Shown one piece after another: positions 18,923 through 28,818 of a DNA stretch of 64,000 nt. The notes under the pieces were generated by a model. It saw only the letters and a list, made by a program, of their open reading frames with translations, was not told the origin of the DNA and searched no databases. This DNA is from an uncultured Christensenella sp. (GTDB taxonomy: Bacteria > Bacillota > Clostridia > Christensenellales > DTU072), in contig CASDZI010000002.1 in assembly GCA_949285605.1 (NCBI GenBank), positions 14,683 to 78,682 on the forward strand. Direction: 5' to 3'. The position numbers were made by a program, and so were the translations under genes. The first letter of the stretch is position 1. Each line of letters opens with the position of its first letter.

Positions 18923-19969
18923 ATGACAGATTTCAGCGGACTGAAGAAGTCCGAAAAGACGGCGATGAAGCTCCGTGCCTTATATAACGGATACGGGTAC
19001 CGTCCTTTCCGTATGAGTAATTTCGAGGAGTACTCCTTTTATTTAAGGAACAAGAATTTTCTTCAAAGCGACAAAATAATAGCTTTCAACGACCTGGACG
19101 GGCGTCTGATGGCGTTAAAACCCGACGTGACCCTTTCCATAGTCAAGAACGCTTCGAAGGGCGACAAGTTTTACTATACCGAAAACGTCTACCGTCCCGC
19201 TTCTTCGGGCAAAAATTTCAAGGAAGTGAGCCAGACGGGATTGGAAGCCATGGGAGAGATAGATCTCTGCGCCGAATGCGAAGTTATTCTCCTCGCCTGT
19301 CTGAGCCTTGCCGAAATCGACCCGTCCTATGTCGTCGATCTTTCCCATATGGGTATAGTCGATTATCTGAAAGACAGGCTTGCGGAAAAAGGCGACGCAG
19401 CCCGCCTGACGGAATTTCTTTCTTCCAAAAACCGTCACGACGCCGAAAAACTCTTCGGAAAAGACGAGCTTTTAGACGCCGTATTCGACGGCGACGCGGA
19501 AAAAGCCGAAACCATCGCCCCCGAACTTAAACCCATTCTCGAGGAATTACGTTACGTCAAGAATTTCCTTTCCGCCCGCAACGTGAAAGTCAATATAGAT
19601 TTCTCCCTCGTCAACGACGAAAATTATTATAACGGAATTATTTTCCGAGGTTACGTGGAAAAAGTCCCCCGTTCGCTCCTTTCCGGCGGTCGTTACGACA
19701 AACTGATGACCCGTTTCGGGAAAGACTTTTCGGGGATAGGTTTTGCGGTATATCTGGACGAACTGGACGTCTATGACGAGAGAACCGATTGCGACTGCGA
19801 CGTCCTTCTCTTACAGGGAGACGCCGACGCCGAAACCGTCCTCGGCCTCGCCGACGGACTGCGTTCCGACGGGTTGTCGGTACGGGTGGAAAGATTTTTC
19901 CGACCCGATATAAAATGCGGAAAGGTCCTTACCGTGAAAAACGGCAAAACGGAGGTGTACCGTGCTTAA
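18923..19969 (+). CDS. hisZ: ATP phosphoribosyltransferase regulatory subunit
   Basis: ALKPDVTLSIVK, YYNGIIFRGY, GGRYD; first gene of the his operon. Confidence 0.9.
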   Translation: MTDFSGLKKSEKTAMKLRALYNGYGYRPFRMSNFEEYSFYLRNKNFLQSDKIIAFNDLDGRLMALKPDVTLSIVKNASKGDKFYYTENVYRPASSGKNFKEVSQTGLEAMGEIDLCAECEVILLACLSLAEIDPSYVVDLSHMGIVDYLKDRLAEKGDAARLTEFLSSKNRHDAEKLFGKDELLDAVFDGDAEKAETIAPELKPILEELRYVKNFLSARNVKVNIDFSLVNDENYYNGIIFRGYVEKVPRSLLSGGRYDKLMTRFGKDFSGIGFAVYLDELDVYDERTDCDCDVLLLQGDADAETVLGLADGLRSDGLSVRVERFFRPDIKCGKVLTVKNGKTEVYRA

Positions 19970-20582
19970 CATCGCTTTACCCAAAGGGCGTCTCGCCGAC
20001 AAGACCTGTATAGCCCTCACCGAAAAAGGTTACAACGTGTCCCCCGTGGAAAAAGGCGACCGCCGTCTGGTATTCACCGACAGCGACAACGGAATAAGAT
20101 ATTTTCTCGTCAAACCCAGCGACGTGGCAATCTACGTGGAAAGAGGAGTCGCCGACATAGGCGTGGTGGGCAAAGATATTCTTTTGGAATACCGTCCCGA
20201 CGTCTACGAACTTATGGATATGAATATGGGCGTCTGCCGTCTCGCCGTCGCAGGCAAGAAAGATTTTCGGGACGACACCGACCGTCCGTTGCGGATAGCC
20301 ACAAAATTCGTCAACGTGACCCGTAACTATTACGCAGGTCTCAACCGTGACATCGAGATAATAAAACTCAACGGCTCCATAGAACTTGCGCCGTTACTCG
20401 GAATGAGCGACGTTATCGTGGATATAGTGGAAACAGGCACCACCCTCAAAGAAAACGATATGTGCGTTTTGCAGGAGATAGTCCCGATAAGCGCAAGGCT
20501 CATCGCCAACAAAGCAAGCTACAAATTCAAAAAAGACGTCATCGACGAACTCGTACGGAGATTGAAAGAAAAAAATGATTAG
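19962..20582 (+). CDS. hisG: ATP phosphoribosyltransferase (short form)
   Basis: IALPKGR, GSIELAP, DIVETGTTL. Confidence 0.95.
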   Translation: MLNIALPKGRLADKTCIALTEKGYNVSPVEKGDRRLVFTDSDNGIRYFLVKPSDVAIYVERGVADIGVVGKDILLEYRPDVYELMDMNMGVCRLAVAGKKDFRDDTDRPLRIATKFVNVTRNYYAGLNRDIEIIKLNGSIELAPLLGMSDVIVDIVETGTTLKENDMCVLQEIVPISARLIANKASYKFKKDVIDELVRRLKEKND

Positions 20583-21849
20583 TTTCTACGACCTTAAGGA
20601 AATAACCTGCGAAGAAATCATCGCCCAAAGCGTTCCCGACACCTCGAAAGCCGAACAGGCCGTGAGAGAAATCATCGCCGCAGTCAGGGAAAAAGGCGAC
20701 GAAGCGCTTTACTTTTACAACGAAAAATTCGACGGCAAGACCTCTTCTCTGAAGGTAACGCAGGAAGAGATCGACCGTGCGGTAAAAAATACCGACCCGT
20801 ATTTTCTGGAAACTCTGCGTCAGGCTCGGAACAATATTTCCGAATACCACTCGGCGCAGATACGGAAAGGATACGAAATAAAAAGAGGAGCCTGCGTTCT
20901 GGGGCAGAAAATAACCCCTCTCGCCAAGGTGGGACTTTACGTTCCCGGCGGTACTGCACGGTATCCGTCCACGGTACTTATGAACGCAATTCCCGCCCGT
21001 CTTGCAGGGGTCAAGGAAATAGTAATGGTCACCCCTCCCGACAAGAACGGAAATATCCCCGACGTTATCTTAGCCGCAGCGTCGATAAGCGGAGTTACCT
21101 CGGTTTATAAAACGGGAGGAGCGCAAGCCGTGGCGGCATTAGCCTACGGCACCGAAACCGTCCCCAAAGTGGACAAGATAGTAGGACCGGGCAATATTTA
21201 CGTCGCCGCCGCAAAGAAAGAAGTTTTCGGTCTCGTGGATATAGATATGATAGCAGGCCCCAGCGAGATACTCGTCATTGCCGACGGAAAGAGTCCGGCA
21301 AAGTTCGTGGCGGCGGATCTTTTAAGTCAAGCCGAACACGACGTAAACGCCACCGCCGTGCTGATAACCGACAGTCCTCGCCTTGCCGAAGAAGTCAAAA
21401 AAGAGCTTTACTTACAGCTGGACAAACTCCCCCGTAAGGAGATAGCCGCTTCCTCCATAGAACGCAACGGAAAAATAATTTTGGCGGAAAATCTGTTGCA
21501 AGCGGTGGAAGTAGCCAACCGCATCGCTCCCGAACACCTGGAGCTTTGCGTGGAGGAGCCGTTCTCTCTCCTCGACAAGGTAGTCAACGCAGGATCGGTC
21601 TTCCTCGGCAGATACTCCCCCGAGCCTTTGGGCGACTATTTTGCGGGCACCAACCACACCCTGCCCACTTCGGGTACGGCGAGGTTTTCCTCTCCCCTTA
21701 ACGTGGACGACTTCGTGAAAAAATCCTCTTACATTTATTACGACAAGGCTTCCCTTCTCGCTTCGGGGGAACGCATAGCCGATTTTGCCGACAGGGAAGG
21801 GCTCGGTGCCCACGCCGAAGCCATCAGAATAAGGATGAAAAATGAGTAA
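20575..21849 (+). CDS. hisD: Histidinol dehydrogenase
   Basis: YVPGG, GPGNIYV, AGPSE, SQAEHD, APEHLE, NHTLPT. Confidence 0.96.
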   Translation: MISFYDLKEITCEEIIAQSVPDTSKAEQAVREIIAAVREKGDEALYFYNEKFDGKTSSLKVTQEEIDRAVKNTDPYFLETLRQARNNISEYHSAQIRKGYEIKRGACVLGQKITPLAKVGLYVPGGTARYPSTVLMNAIPARLAGVKEIVMVTPPDKNGNIPDVILAAASISGVTSVYKTGGAQAVAALAYGTETVPKVDKIVGPGNIYVAAAKKEVFGLVDIDMIAGPSEILVIADGKSPAKFVAADLLSQAEHDVNATAVLITDSPRLAEEVKKELYLQLDKLPRKEIAASSIERNGKIILAENLLQAVEVANRIAPEHLELCVEEPFSLLDKVVNAGSVFLGRYSPEPLGDYFAGTNHTLPTSGTARFSSPLNVDDFVKKSSYIYYDKASLLASGERIADFADREGLGAHAEAIRIRMKNE

Positions 21850-22909
21850 ATTCCTGAAAGACGCATACCGCTCTATCGCTCCCTACACCCCGGGAGAACA
21901 ACCCAAAGACCGCAGTTTTATAAAGCTCAACACCAACGAGTCCCCCTTTCCTCCCTGCCGAGGCGTGCTTGAAGCGGTAAAGGAAAACGACCTTTCCTCG
22001 CTGCGCCTTTACTCCGACCCTGAAAACGAAGAGTTGGAAAAGGCCATTGCCTCCTACTACGGCGTGGAACGCTCCAACGTGCTCGCTTCCAACGGCAGCG
22101 ACGAAATTTTAGCTTTTATCTTCTGCGCCTTTTTCGACGAAAAACACGAAGTCTGCTTCCCCGACATAACCTACGGTTTTTATCCCGTTTTCTGCAATTT
22201 CGCTTCCCTCAAAATCAACGAAATTCCCTTAAAAGACGATTTTACCGTGGACGTGGACGCATTCGTGAACACCGATAAAAACGTAGTTATCGCCAACCCC
22301 AACGCCCCTACCGGGATAGCCTTGAGCGTAAGCGACATACGCCGTATCCTCGACGCTTCCCCCGACCGCCTGGTGGTGGTGGACGAAGCCTACGTCGATT
22401 TCGGAAGTTACAGTTGCGTACCCCTTATCAAGGAATACGGGAACCTTATCGTCGTGCAAACCTTCTCCAAAAGTCGGTCTCTCGCAGGAGCCAGACTGGG
22501 TATGTGCTTTGCCTGCGACAGCCTTATAGCCGACCTTAAGACCGTCAAATTTTCCTTCAACCCCTACAACGTCAACCGCCTCACTTCCCTCTGCGGCGTT
22601 GCGGCTGTTAAAGACGAAAATTATTTCAATTACTGTCGGGCGGAAATTATGAAAAACCGTGCCTTTACCGCCCGTGAACTCAAAAACGCAGGGTTCGAAG
22701 TTTTGCCGAGCAGCGCTAATTTCCTGTTTGCAAAAAAGGAAGGTTTCGACGGGAAGCGTCTCTATTCGGCTCTGCGTGAAAAAGGTATCCTCGTCCGTCA
22801 TTTCGACAAACCGAGGATCAAGGATTTTATAAGAATAACCGTCGGCGACGAAACGCAGATGAAGACCTTTGTCGCCGCCGTAAAGGAAATTATCGGAGGT
22901 ACTTTATGA
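21842..22909 (+). CDS. hisC: Histidinol-phosphate aminotransferase
   Basis: KLNTNE, NGSDE, NPNAPTG, DEAY, TFSKSRSLAGAR. Confidence 0.95.
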   Translation: MSKFLKDAYRSIAPYTPGEQPKDRSFIKLNTNESPFPPCRGVLEAVKENDLSSLRLYSDPENEELEKAIASYYGVERSNVLASNGSDEILAFIFCAFFDEKHEVCFPDITYGFYPVFCNFASLKINEIPLKDDFTVDVDAFVNTDKNVVIANPNAPTGIALSVSDIRRILDASPDRLVVVDEAYVDFGSYSCVPLIKEYGNLIVVQTFSKSRSLAGARLGMCFACDSLIADLKTVKFSFNPYNVNRLTSLCGVAAVKDENYFNYCRAEIMKNRAFTARELKNAGFEVLPSSANFLFAKKEGFDGKRLYSALREKGILVRHFDKPRIKDFIRITVGDETQMKTFVAAVKEIIGGTL

Positions 22910-23514
22910 GAAACGCCCTCATCGAAAGACAGACCAAAGAAACTCTCGTCACCCTTTCCCTTTGTCTGGACGGAGGAAGTGCGGACGTAAAAACGGGGAG
23001 CGGTTTTTTCGACCATATGCTCACCCTTTTTTCTTCCCACGCCTCGATAGGACTTTCCGTCCGCTGTAAAGGCGACGCGGAGGTGGATTTTCACCATTCC
23101 GTCGAAGACGTCGGAATCGTCCTCGGACAGGCGTTGAAGGCTTCCCTCGGCGACAAAAAAGGCATCAACCGCTACGGAAGCATCATTCTTCCCATGGACG
23201 AGACCCTTATCCTTTGCGCCCTCGACATAAGCGGAAGAAGTTATCTTTCCTACGACGTTCCGCTGAACGCCACCCGCCTTACCGACGACGGCGACGACCT
23301 CAATCCGAAAGTGGGCGCCTTCGACTGCGAGCTGTGCGAAGAGTTCTTCCTCGCCCTCACTCGTACGGCAGACATAACTTTACACATCAAGAAACTGGAC
23401 GGCCGTAACACCCACCACATTCTTGAAGGGGTTTTCAAGGCTTTCGGAAGAGCTTTGAAGGAAGCCGTCAAAGTTACCGGCACCGACCTGCCTTCCACCA
23501 AAGGAGTGCTGTAA
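22906..23514 (+). CDS. hisB: Imidazoleglycerol-phosphate dehydratase
   Basis: FFDHML, HHSVED, PMDE, NTHHILE, STKGVL. Confidence 0.96.
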   Translation: MRNALIERQTKETLVTLSLCLDGGSADVKTGSGFFDHMLTLFSSHASIGLSVRCKGDAEVDFHHSVEDVGIVLGQALKASLGDKKGINRYGSIILPMDETLILCALDISGRSYLSYDVPLNATRLTDDGDDLNPKVGAFDCELCEEFFLALTRTADITLHIKKLDGRNTHHILEGVFKAFGRALKEAVKVTGTDLPSTKGVL

Positions 23515-23515
23515 A

Positions 23516-24124
23516 ATGCTGGGCGTTATAGATTACGGCGTAGGAAACCTCTTTTCCTTAACTGCGTCGTTACGTTTCATAGGGTGCGACGCCGTGGTAA
23601 GCAAAGACACGTCGGCACTGGACGGTTGCGACAGATTTATCCTGCCGGGAGTGGGCGCTTTCGCCGACGCCGCCGAAAAACTCCGCTCGACGGGACTGGA
23701 CGAATACCTCAAAAACGCCGTTAACAGCGGCAAGCCCCTACTCGGGATCTGCCTTGGGATGCAACTTCTGTTTTCCGAAAGTTACGAATACGGCGTGCAT
23801 AAAGGACTGGGGTTTATAGACGGCGCCGTCCTGCCCCTTGCCGACAAAGTCGACGGACTTAAAATCCCCCAGATGGGCTGGAACAAACTTACCGTAAGGA
23901 GAGAAAATCCCCTCCTTAAGGAAGCCGACGGAGAATATTTCTATTACGTTCATTCCTATTTTGCCGACGGCGACGGAGAGTATTGCGACGCTTACTCTTC
24001 CTACGGCGTGAACGTAGCGGGTGTAGTGCGGAAAGACAACGTGTTCGGCACGCAGTTCCACCCCGAAAAAAGCGGCAAAGCCGGACTTAAAATACTCCGT
24101 TCGTTCAGCGAGGTGAACTTATGA
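23516..24124 (+). CDS. hisH: IGP synthase glutaminase subunit
   Basis: DYGVGN, PGVG, GICLGMQ, QFHPEKS. Confidence 0.96.
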   Translation: MLGVIDYGVGNLFSLTASLRFIGCDAVVSKDTSALDGCDRFILPGVGAFADAAEKLRSTGLDEYLKNAVNSGKPLLGICLGMQLLFSESYEYGVHKGLGFIDGAVLPLADKVDGLKIPQMGWNKLTVRRENPLLKEADGEYFYYVHSYFADGDGEYCDAYSSYGVNVAGVVRKDNVFGTQFHPEKSGKAGLKILRSFSEVNL

Positions 24125-24837
24125 AAATCTTTCCTGCCATAGACATAATCGGCGGCAAAGCCGTCCGCCTTACCAAAGGAAATTACGACACTATGGAAAC
24201 TTTCGGCGATCCGTCGGATTTTGTCAAAAGTTTTGCCGAAGAAGGAGCGACCTGCCTGCATATGGTGGACCTCGACGGAGCCAGAAGCGGACAGACCGAC
24301 AACTTCTCCACCGTGGAAAAGATCTGCAAACTGTTGCCCGAGACGGAAATCGGCGGAGGGATACGTGACATCGACAGGATACGCCGCTACCTCGACGTCG
24401 GAGTGAAGAGAGTCATCCTCGGCACCGCCGCCGTCAAAGACCCGACTTTCTTAGACGAAGCCGTCCGTCTTTTCGGGGACGCTATTGCCGTAGGTGTCGA
24501 CTCGAAAAACGGTTTTGCGGCTACCGACGGGTGGGAAAAAGTTTCCCAAAAATCGGCTTTTGAGTTTTGCACCTCTTTACCCGAACGGGGAGTTAAGACG
24601 GTCATCTTTACCGACGTATCCTGCGACGGAATGATGAAAGGCACCAATCTTTCGCTCTTTGCCCGTCTTTCGGAGATACCTTCCCTCAACGTCATCGCAA
24701 GCGGCGGCATAACCTATTACGAGGAGATAAAAGCTCTGTCGGAAATGAAGCTTTACGGCGCCATCTTAGGCAAAGCGTTATACAAAAATCTGTTGTCTCT
24801 GAAAAAATCCATACTCATTGCGGAGGGAGAGAAATGA
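24121..24837 (+). CDS. hisA: ProFAR isomerase
   Basis: PAIDI, VDLDGA, GGGIR, IASGG. Confidence 0.95.
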   Translation: MKIFPAIDIIGGKAVRLTKGNYDTMETFGDPSDFVKSFAEEGATCLHMVDLDGARSGQTDNFSTVEKICKLLPETEIGGGIRDIDRIRRYLDVGVKRVILGTAAVKDPTFLDEAVRLFGDAIAVGVDSKNGFAATDGWEKVSQKSAFEFCTSLPERGVKTVIFTDVSCDGMMKGTNLSLFARLSEIPSLNVIASGGITYYEEIKALSEMKLYGAILGKALYKNLLSLKKSILIAEGEK

Positions 24838-25592
24838 TAACCAAGCGTATTATCCCCTGCCTGGACGTCAGGGACGGCAGAGTGGTCAAAGGCACCAACT
24901 TCCTGGGCATAAAAGACGTGGAGGACCCGGTAAGTCTCGCTTCCTTCTACAACGAGTCGGGTGCGGACGAACTGGTCTTTTACGACATAACCGCAAGTTA
25001 CGAAAAACGCAACCTCTTTACCGACGTGCTGAAATCGGTAGCCGAACAGATTTTCATACCGCTCACGGTAGGCGGCGGTATCAATACTCTTGCCGACTTC
25101 GACAGGGTGTTGAAGTGCGGAGCCGACAAAGTCAGCGTCAACAGCGGCGCGATAAAAAATCCCTCTCTCATAGAAGACGCCGCCCGTCTGTACGGCAACC
25201 AATGCGTGGTGCTGAGTATGGACGTGAAAAGAGTGGACGGCGTGTTCCGTATTTTTTCCCACGGCGGACGTATAGATACCGGTATAGACGCCTTGGAATG
25301 GGCTAAACGGGGGGAAGAAAGCGGAGCGGGCGAACTCGTCGTCAATTCCATAGACACCGACGGCGTCAAGCGAGGTTTCGACCTGGAAATGTTGGAAAAA
25401 ATCTGCAAAACGGTGAATATCCCCGTCATAGCCAGCGGCGGCGCAGGCAAAAAAGAGGACTTTTACGAACTTTTCGAAAAGGTGAAAGGCGTGGACGCAG
25501 GGCTTGCCGCCAGCATATTCCATTTCCGGGAAGTCCTTATCCCCGACCTTAAACGCTACCTGGTGAGCAAGAATATCGAAATGAGAATTTGA
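24834..25592 (+). CDS. hisF: IGP synthase cyclase subunit
   Basis: RIIPCLDV, GADEL, PLTVGGG, IASGGAG. Confidence 0.96.
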   Translation: MITKRIIPCLDVRDGRVVKGTNFLGIKDVEDPVSLASFYNESGADELVFYDITASYEKRNLFTDVLKSVAEQIFIPLTVGGGINTLADFDRVLKCGADKVSVNSGAIKNPSLIEDAARLYGNQCVVLSMDVKRVDGVFRIFSHGGRIDTGIDALEWAKRGEESGAGELVVNSIDTDGVKRGFDLEMLEKICKTVNIPVIASGGAGKKEDFYELFEKVKGVDAGLAASIFHFREVLIPDLKRYLVSKNIEMRI

Positions 25593-25634
25593 CCGCCCGA
25601 AAAGCGGATAAATATCCGAAAAAGGAGTTTTAAT

Positions 25635-26279
25635 ATGAACATCAACGAACTTAAATTCGACGAAAAGGGGCTTATCCCCGCCATAGTGCAGGACTACCGC
25701 ACCAAGGAAGTTCTGACCGTAGCCTATATGAACAGGGAAAGTCTGGAAATTACCCTAAACGAAAAACGCACCTGTTTTTTCAGCCGTTCCAGACAGAAAC
25801 TGTGGCGTAAAGGAGAAACCAGCGGCAACGTCCAGAACGTGGTAACTATAAAAGCCGACTGCGACGGAGACGCTCTCGTGGTGGAAGTGGACAAGACGGG
25901 TCCCGCCTGTCACACGGGCAGCGAAAGCTGTTTTTTCAACGACCTTTACGAAAACCCCGACTACAAGCAATTTTCCTACGAGAAGCTCTACGAAATGATA
26001 AAGGGGCGTAAAACCGAGAAAAAAGAAGGGTCCTACACCACTTATCTTTTTGAAAAAGGACTGGACAAAATCCTCAAAAAGGTGGGCGAAGAGTGTACCG
26101 AAGTCATCATCGGCGCAAAGGGCGGCAGTAAGGAAGAGACGATTTTCGAAATAGCGGACTTAGCCTACCACGTTATGGTGCTTATGGTGGAAGCGGGAAT
26201 ATCCACTTCCGACATCTTCGACGAACTCGCTTCCCGCCACGTCGTGGACAAAAAAATCAAGCAAGAGACTATGAAATAA
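25635..26279 (+). CDS. hisIE: Bifunctional PR-AMP cyclohydrolase / PR-ATP pyrophosphatase
   Basis: KGETSGN, DCDGD, ACHTG, KKVGEE, EIADL. Confidence 0.95.
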   Translation: MNINELKFDEKGLIPAIVQDYRTKEVLTVAYMNRESLEITLNEKRTCFFSRSRQKLWRKGETSGNVQNVVTIKADCDGDALVVEVDKTGPACHTGSESCFFNDLYENPDYKQFSYEKLYEMIKGRKTEKKEGSYTTYLFEKGLDKILKKVGEECTEVIIGAKGGSKEETIFEIADLAYHVMVLMVEAGISTSDIFDELASRHVVDKKIKQETMK

Positions 26280-26308
26280 CCTCTTTTCAGGTAAACAATA
26301 CCGATTTT

Positions 26309-26342
26309 AAGCGGATCTTTTCAAACCGGGTCCGCTTTTTTT
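26309..26342 (+). terminator. his operon terminator
   Basis: AAGCGGATC...GGTCCGCTT plus T tract. Confidence 0.75.
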
Positions 26343-26444
26343 GCAAAAAAACAAGGGGCGGATTTCCCCTCTTGCATTTTTCCGATAATATTATATAATT
26401 TATTTATAAGCTTATAAATTTAACGAAAGAATTTCGGAGGCAAT

Positions 26445-28055
26445 ATGAAAAGAAACGGAATGTGTCCTGTTTGCTACCTGAAGCAGTTTTTTACCCCTCG
26501 TTCGTCGGTGACTTTGACCTGCGACTTCAAGAAGGTCCTGCCCGACGCTCCGTCGGCTCCGATAATGGGGTGGTCGAGCTGGAACACTTTCCGTAACGAA
26601 ATAGACGAAAAACTCATCCTCGACACCGCCAAGGCGTTAAAGGAAAAAGGGCTTCTCGACGCAGGCTACCGCTACATAAACTTAGACGACAACTGGCATT
26701 CCTCTTTGCGTACCTCCGAAGGTAAGCTCCAGGGCGACCTCGCCCGTTTCCCGAGAGGGATACGTCCTCTGTTCGAGGAATTGAACGCAATGGGCTTCCG
26801 CTGCGGATTGTATTCCTCCAACGGGACGTTGACCTGCGAAGACCTGCCCGCAAGCTTGCACAGAGAGGCCTTGGACGCCCGCACGATAGCTTCTTTCGGA
26901 GCGGAATATCTCAAATACGACTTCTGTCATAACGAAAAAATGAGTTTTTACGCTCCCCTCGTTTACGGGATAGAAATTTTCCGCAAAGGGAACGCTCCCG
27001 TCTTTTACGAATGTAAAAAAGCCCGTCTGGACGGCACGGCGCGGTTTATGCCGGACAGGTACGTCAAATGCGGTTTCCACGTTTCGGGACTGGACAAAAA
27101 CGGCGGCAGTATGACCTACGACAACGTTTACGCCGAAGAGGACGGAGAATACATCCTCACCGTCTGCGTCCGCAAAAAAGGCCGTTACGACAAGGTGCTC
27201 GCCGCCCGTATCGGCGACGAACTTTATCTTTACGACGTTCCCCCTCAGAAACGCTGGAACCACACCGCCCGTTTCCAGAAGCCGGTATTCTTGAAAAAGG
27301 GTCTGAACACCGTGACCCTCTTCAATCCGATAGGAAAAGCCGCCGACAGTGCCTTCCTGCAATACTACACCATGGCGAAGGAATTGTCCGCCGCCGCAAA
27401 AGAAAGACCCGGAGAATACAAGCCCATAGTCTTTTCGGTCTGCGAGTGGGGCAGGAACCGCCCCTACAAGTGGGCGCCCATCGTCGGCAACATGTGGCGG
27501 ACCACTCCCGACATACGACCGATTTTCCCGTGGATAAAGATAATCTACAACCACACCGTCAAGCTTTATAAATACGCAAGCGCAGGCGCCTGGAACGACC
27601 CCGATATGCTGGAAGTGGGGAACGGGAAACTCACCCGTAACCAGAATATCGCCCATTTCTCGTTGTGGTGTATGATGAACGCTCCTCTCGTCCTCGGTAA
27701 CGATATCCGCTCGATAAGCGAGGAAGTTCTGAGCATAGTGACCCAAAAAACCATGCTGGAGATCCACTCCGATCCCCTCTTCAAACCCTGTAAACGCATT
27801 ATCAAAGGGAAAGTGGACGTGCTGGCAAAACCCCTCTCCGACGACAGAGTGGCAGTACTCCTTTTCAATAAATCCAAACGGGAAAGAATAGTCCACCTCG
27901 ACGTGGACAAAGTCCTTTCCGATCCGTATATCGATCTGAAACACAAAGACAGCTATTGCGTAAAAGAGGTCTGGTCGGGCGAAGAAATGAACGTCTCCGA
28001 CGAACTCAACACCAAGATCCTCGGCGAATCGGTAAAGGTATATATTTTCGGATAA
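26445..28055 (+). CDS. GH27 alpha-galactosidase-family protein with an inserted CBM-like domain
   Basis: PIMGWSSWN, NLDDNW, YLKYDFC, CEWG, MWRTTPDI, WNDPDML, PLVLGND. Confidence 0.88.
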   Translation: MKRNGMCPVCYLKQFFTPRSSVTLTCDFKKVLPDAPSAPIMGWSSWNTFRNEIDEKLILDTAKALKEKGLLDAGYRYINLDDNWHSSLRTSEGKLQGDLARFPRGIRPLFEELNAMGFRCGLYSSNGTLTCEDLPASLHREALDARTIASFGAEYLKYDFCHNEKMSFYAPLVYGIEIFRKGNAPVFYECKKARLDGTARFMPDRYVKCGFHVSGLDKNGGSMTYDNVYAEEDGEYILTVCVRKKGRYDKVLAARIGDELYLYDVPPQKRWNHTARFQKPVFLKKGLNTVTLFNPIGKAADSAFLQYYTMAKELSAAAKERPGEYKPIVFSVCEWGRNRPYKWAPIVGNMWRTTPDIRPIFPWIKIIYNHTVKLYKYASAGAWNDPDMLEVGNGKLTRNQNIAHFSLWCMMNAPLVLGNDIRSISEEVLSIVTQKTMLEIHSDPLFKPCKRIIKGKVDVLAKPLSDDRVAVLLFNKSKRERIVHLDVDKVLSDPYIDLKHKDSYCVKEVWSGEEMNVSDELNTKILGESVKVYIFG

Positions 28056-28088
28056 TATTTTCCGTCCTTTTACCCTTAAAAATCCACG

Positions 28089-28116
28089 AAAAAACAGGGC
28101 TCGTACCCTGTTTTTT
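28089..28116. terminator. Bidirectional terminator between convergent genes
   Basis: A-tract-CAGGG...CCCTG-T-tract. Confidence 0.75.
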
Positions 28117-28134
28117 ATTCTCTCGACGGAATCC

Positions 28135-28818
28135 TCAAAGTTTTATTTCGCCGTTCACGACTTTTTCCATAAAGCGGTGTATCACCGAAAAATGCGTGCT
28201 GTTTTCAAAAACGATAAGCCCGTTCCCCGTCTTTTCGGCTAAAAACAGCGAATGAGCGTGTTTTATAAGGTCGTTATCGGCGCATATTATCGTGGTTTTG
28301 CCGTAATTAGCCGCCAACTTTTGCTCGTCGAGTCCTATGTCGGTCAGCATCAGACGGAGCAAAGCTCTTCGCCTTTTTATCGCAGGCAGGAAGGAAAGCG
28401 GAAAAAGTAAAGCGTATATTATTCGGCAAGGGATAAGAAATTTTTTCTTCAAAGCGTTTTCGTAAAGATTGCCGCTTACGGCGTAAAGTCTTTTGACTTC
28501 GGGCATTTCGGCGCAGAAAAAGGCTATATTGGCTCCGTCGCTGTACCCTGCCAAAGTGACGTCGGTAAGATTTTCGCTTTTTATAAACGCTTTCACGTCC
28601 TCGGCAAACCTCGCTATGGTAAACGGCTCTTTATATTCGCTTTTCCCGTGTCCTCGGGTGTCTATGGCGTAAACGCTCCCCTCAAACGGTATCTTGTCGA
28701 GGTACGGGGCAAACAAAGTCGAACTTTCTCCGTTGCCGTGGAGAAAAATCGCCGCCTTTTTCCCTTCCCCTTTCTTCAGATAGGCAAGACTTATCCCGTT
28801 TATTTCCTTACTTTGCAA
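28135..28818 (-). CDS. Alpha/beta hydrolase
   Basis: LHGNG, DTRGHG, GYSDG nucleophile elbow. Confidence 0.85.
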   Translation of the reverse strand: MQSKEINGISLAYLKKGEGKKAAIFLHGNGESSTLFAPYLDKIPFEGSVYAIDTRGHGKSEYKEPFTIARFAEDVKAFIKSENLTDVTLAGYSDGANIAFFCAEMPEVKRLYAVSGNLYENALKKKFLIPCRIIYALLFPLSFLPAIKRRRALLRLMLTDIGLDEQKLAANYGKTTIICADNDLIKHAHSLFLAEKTGNGLIVFENSTHFSVIHRFMEKVVNGEIKL

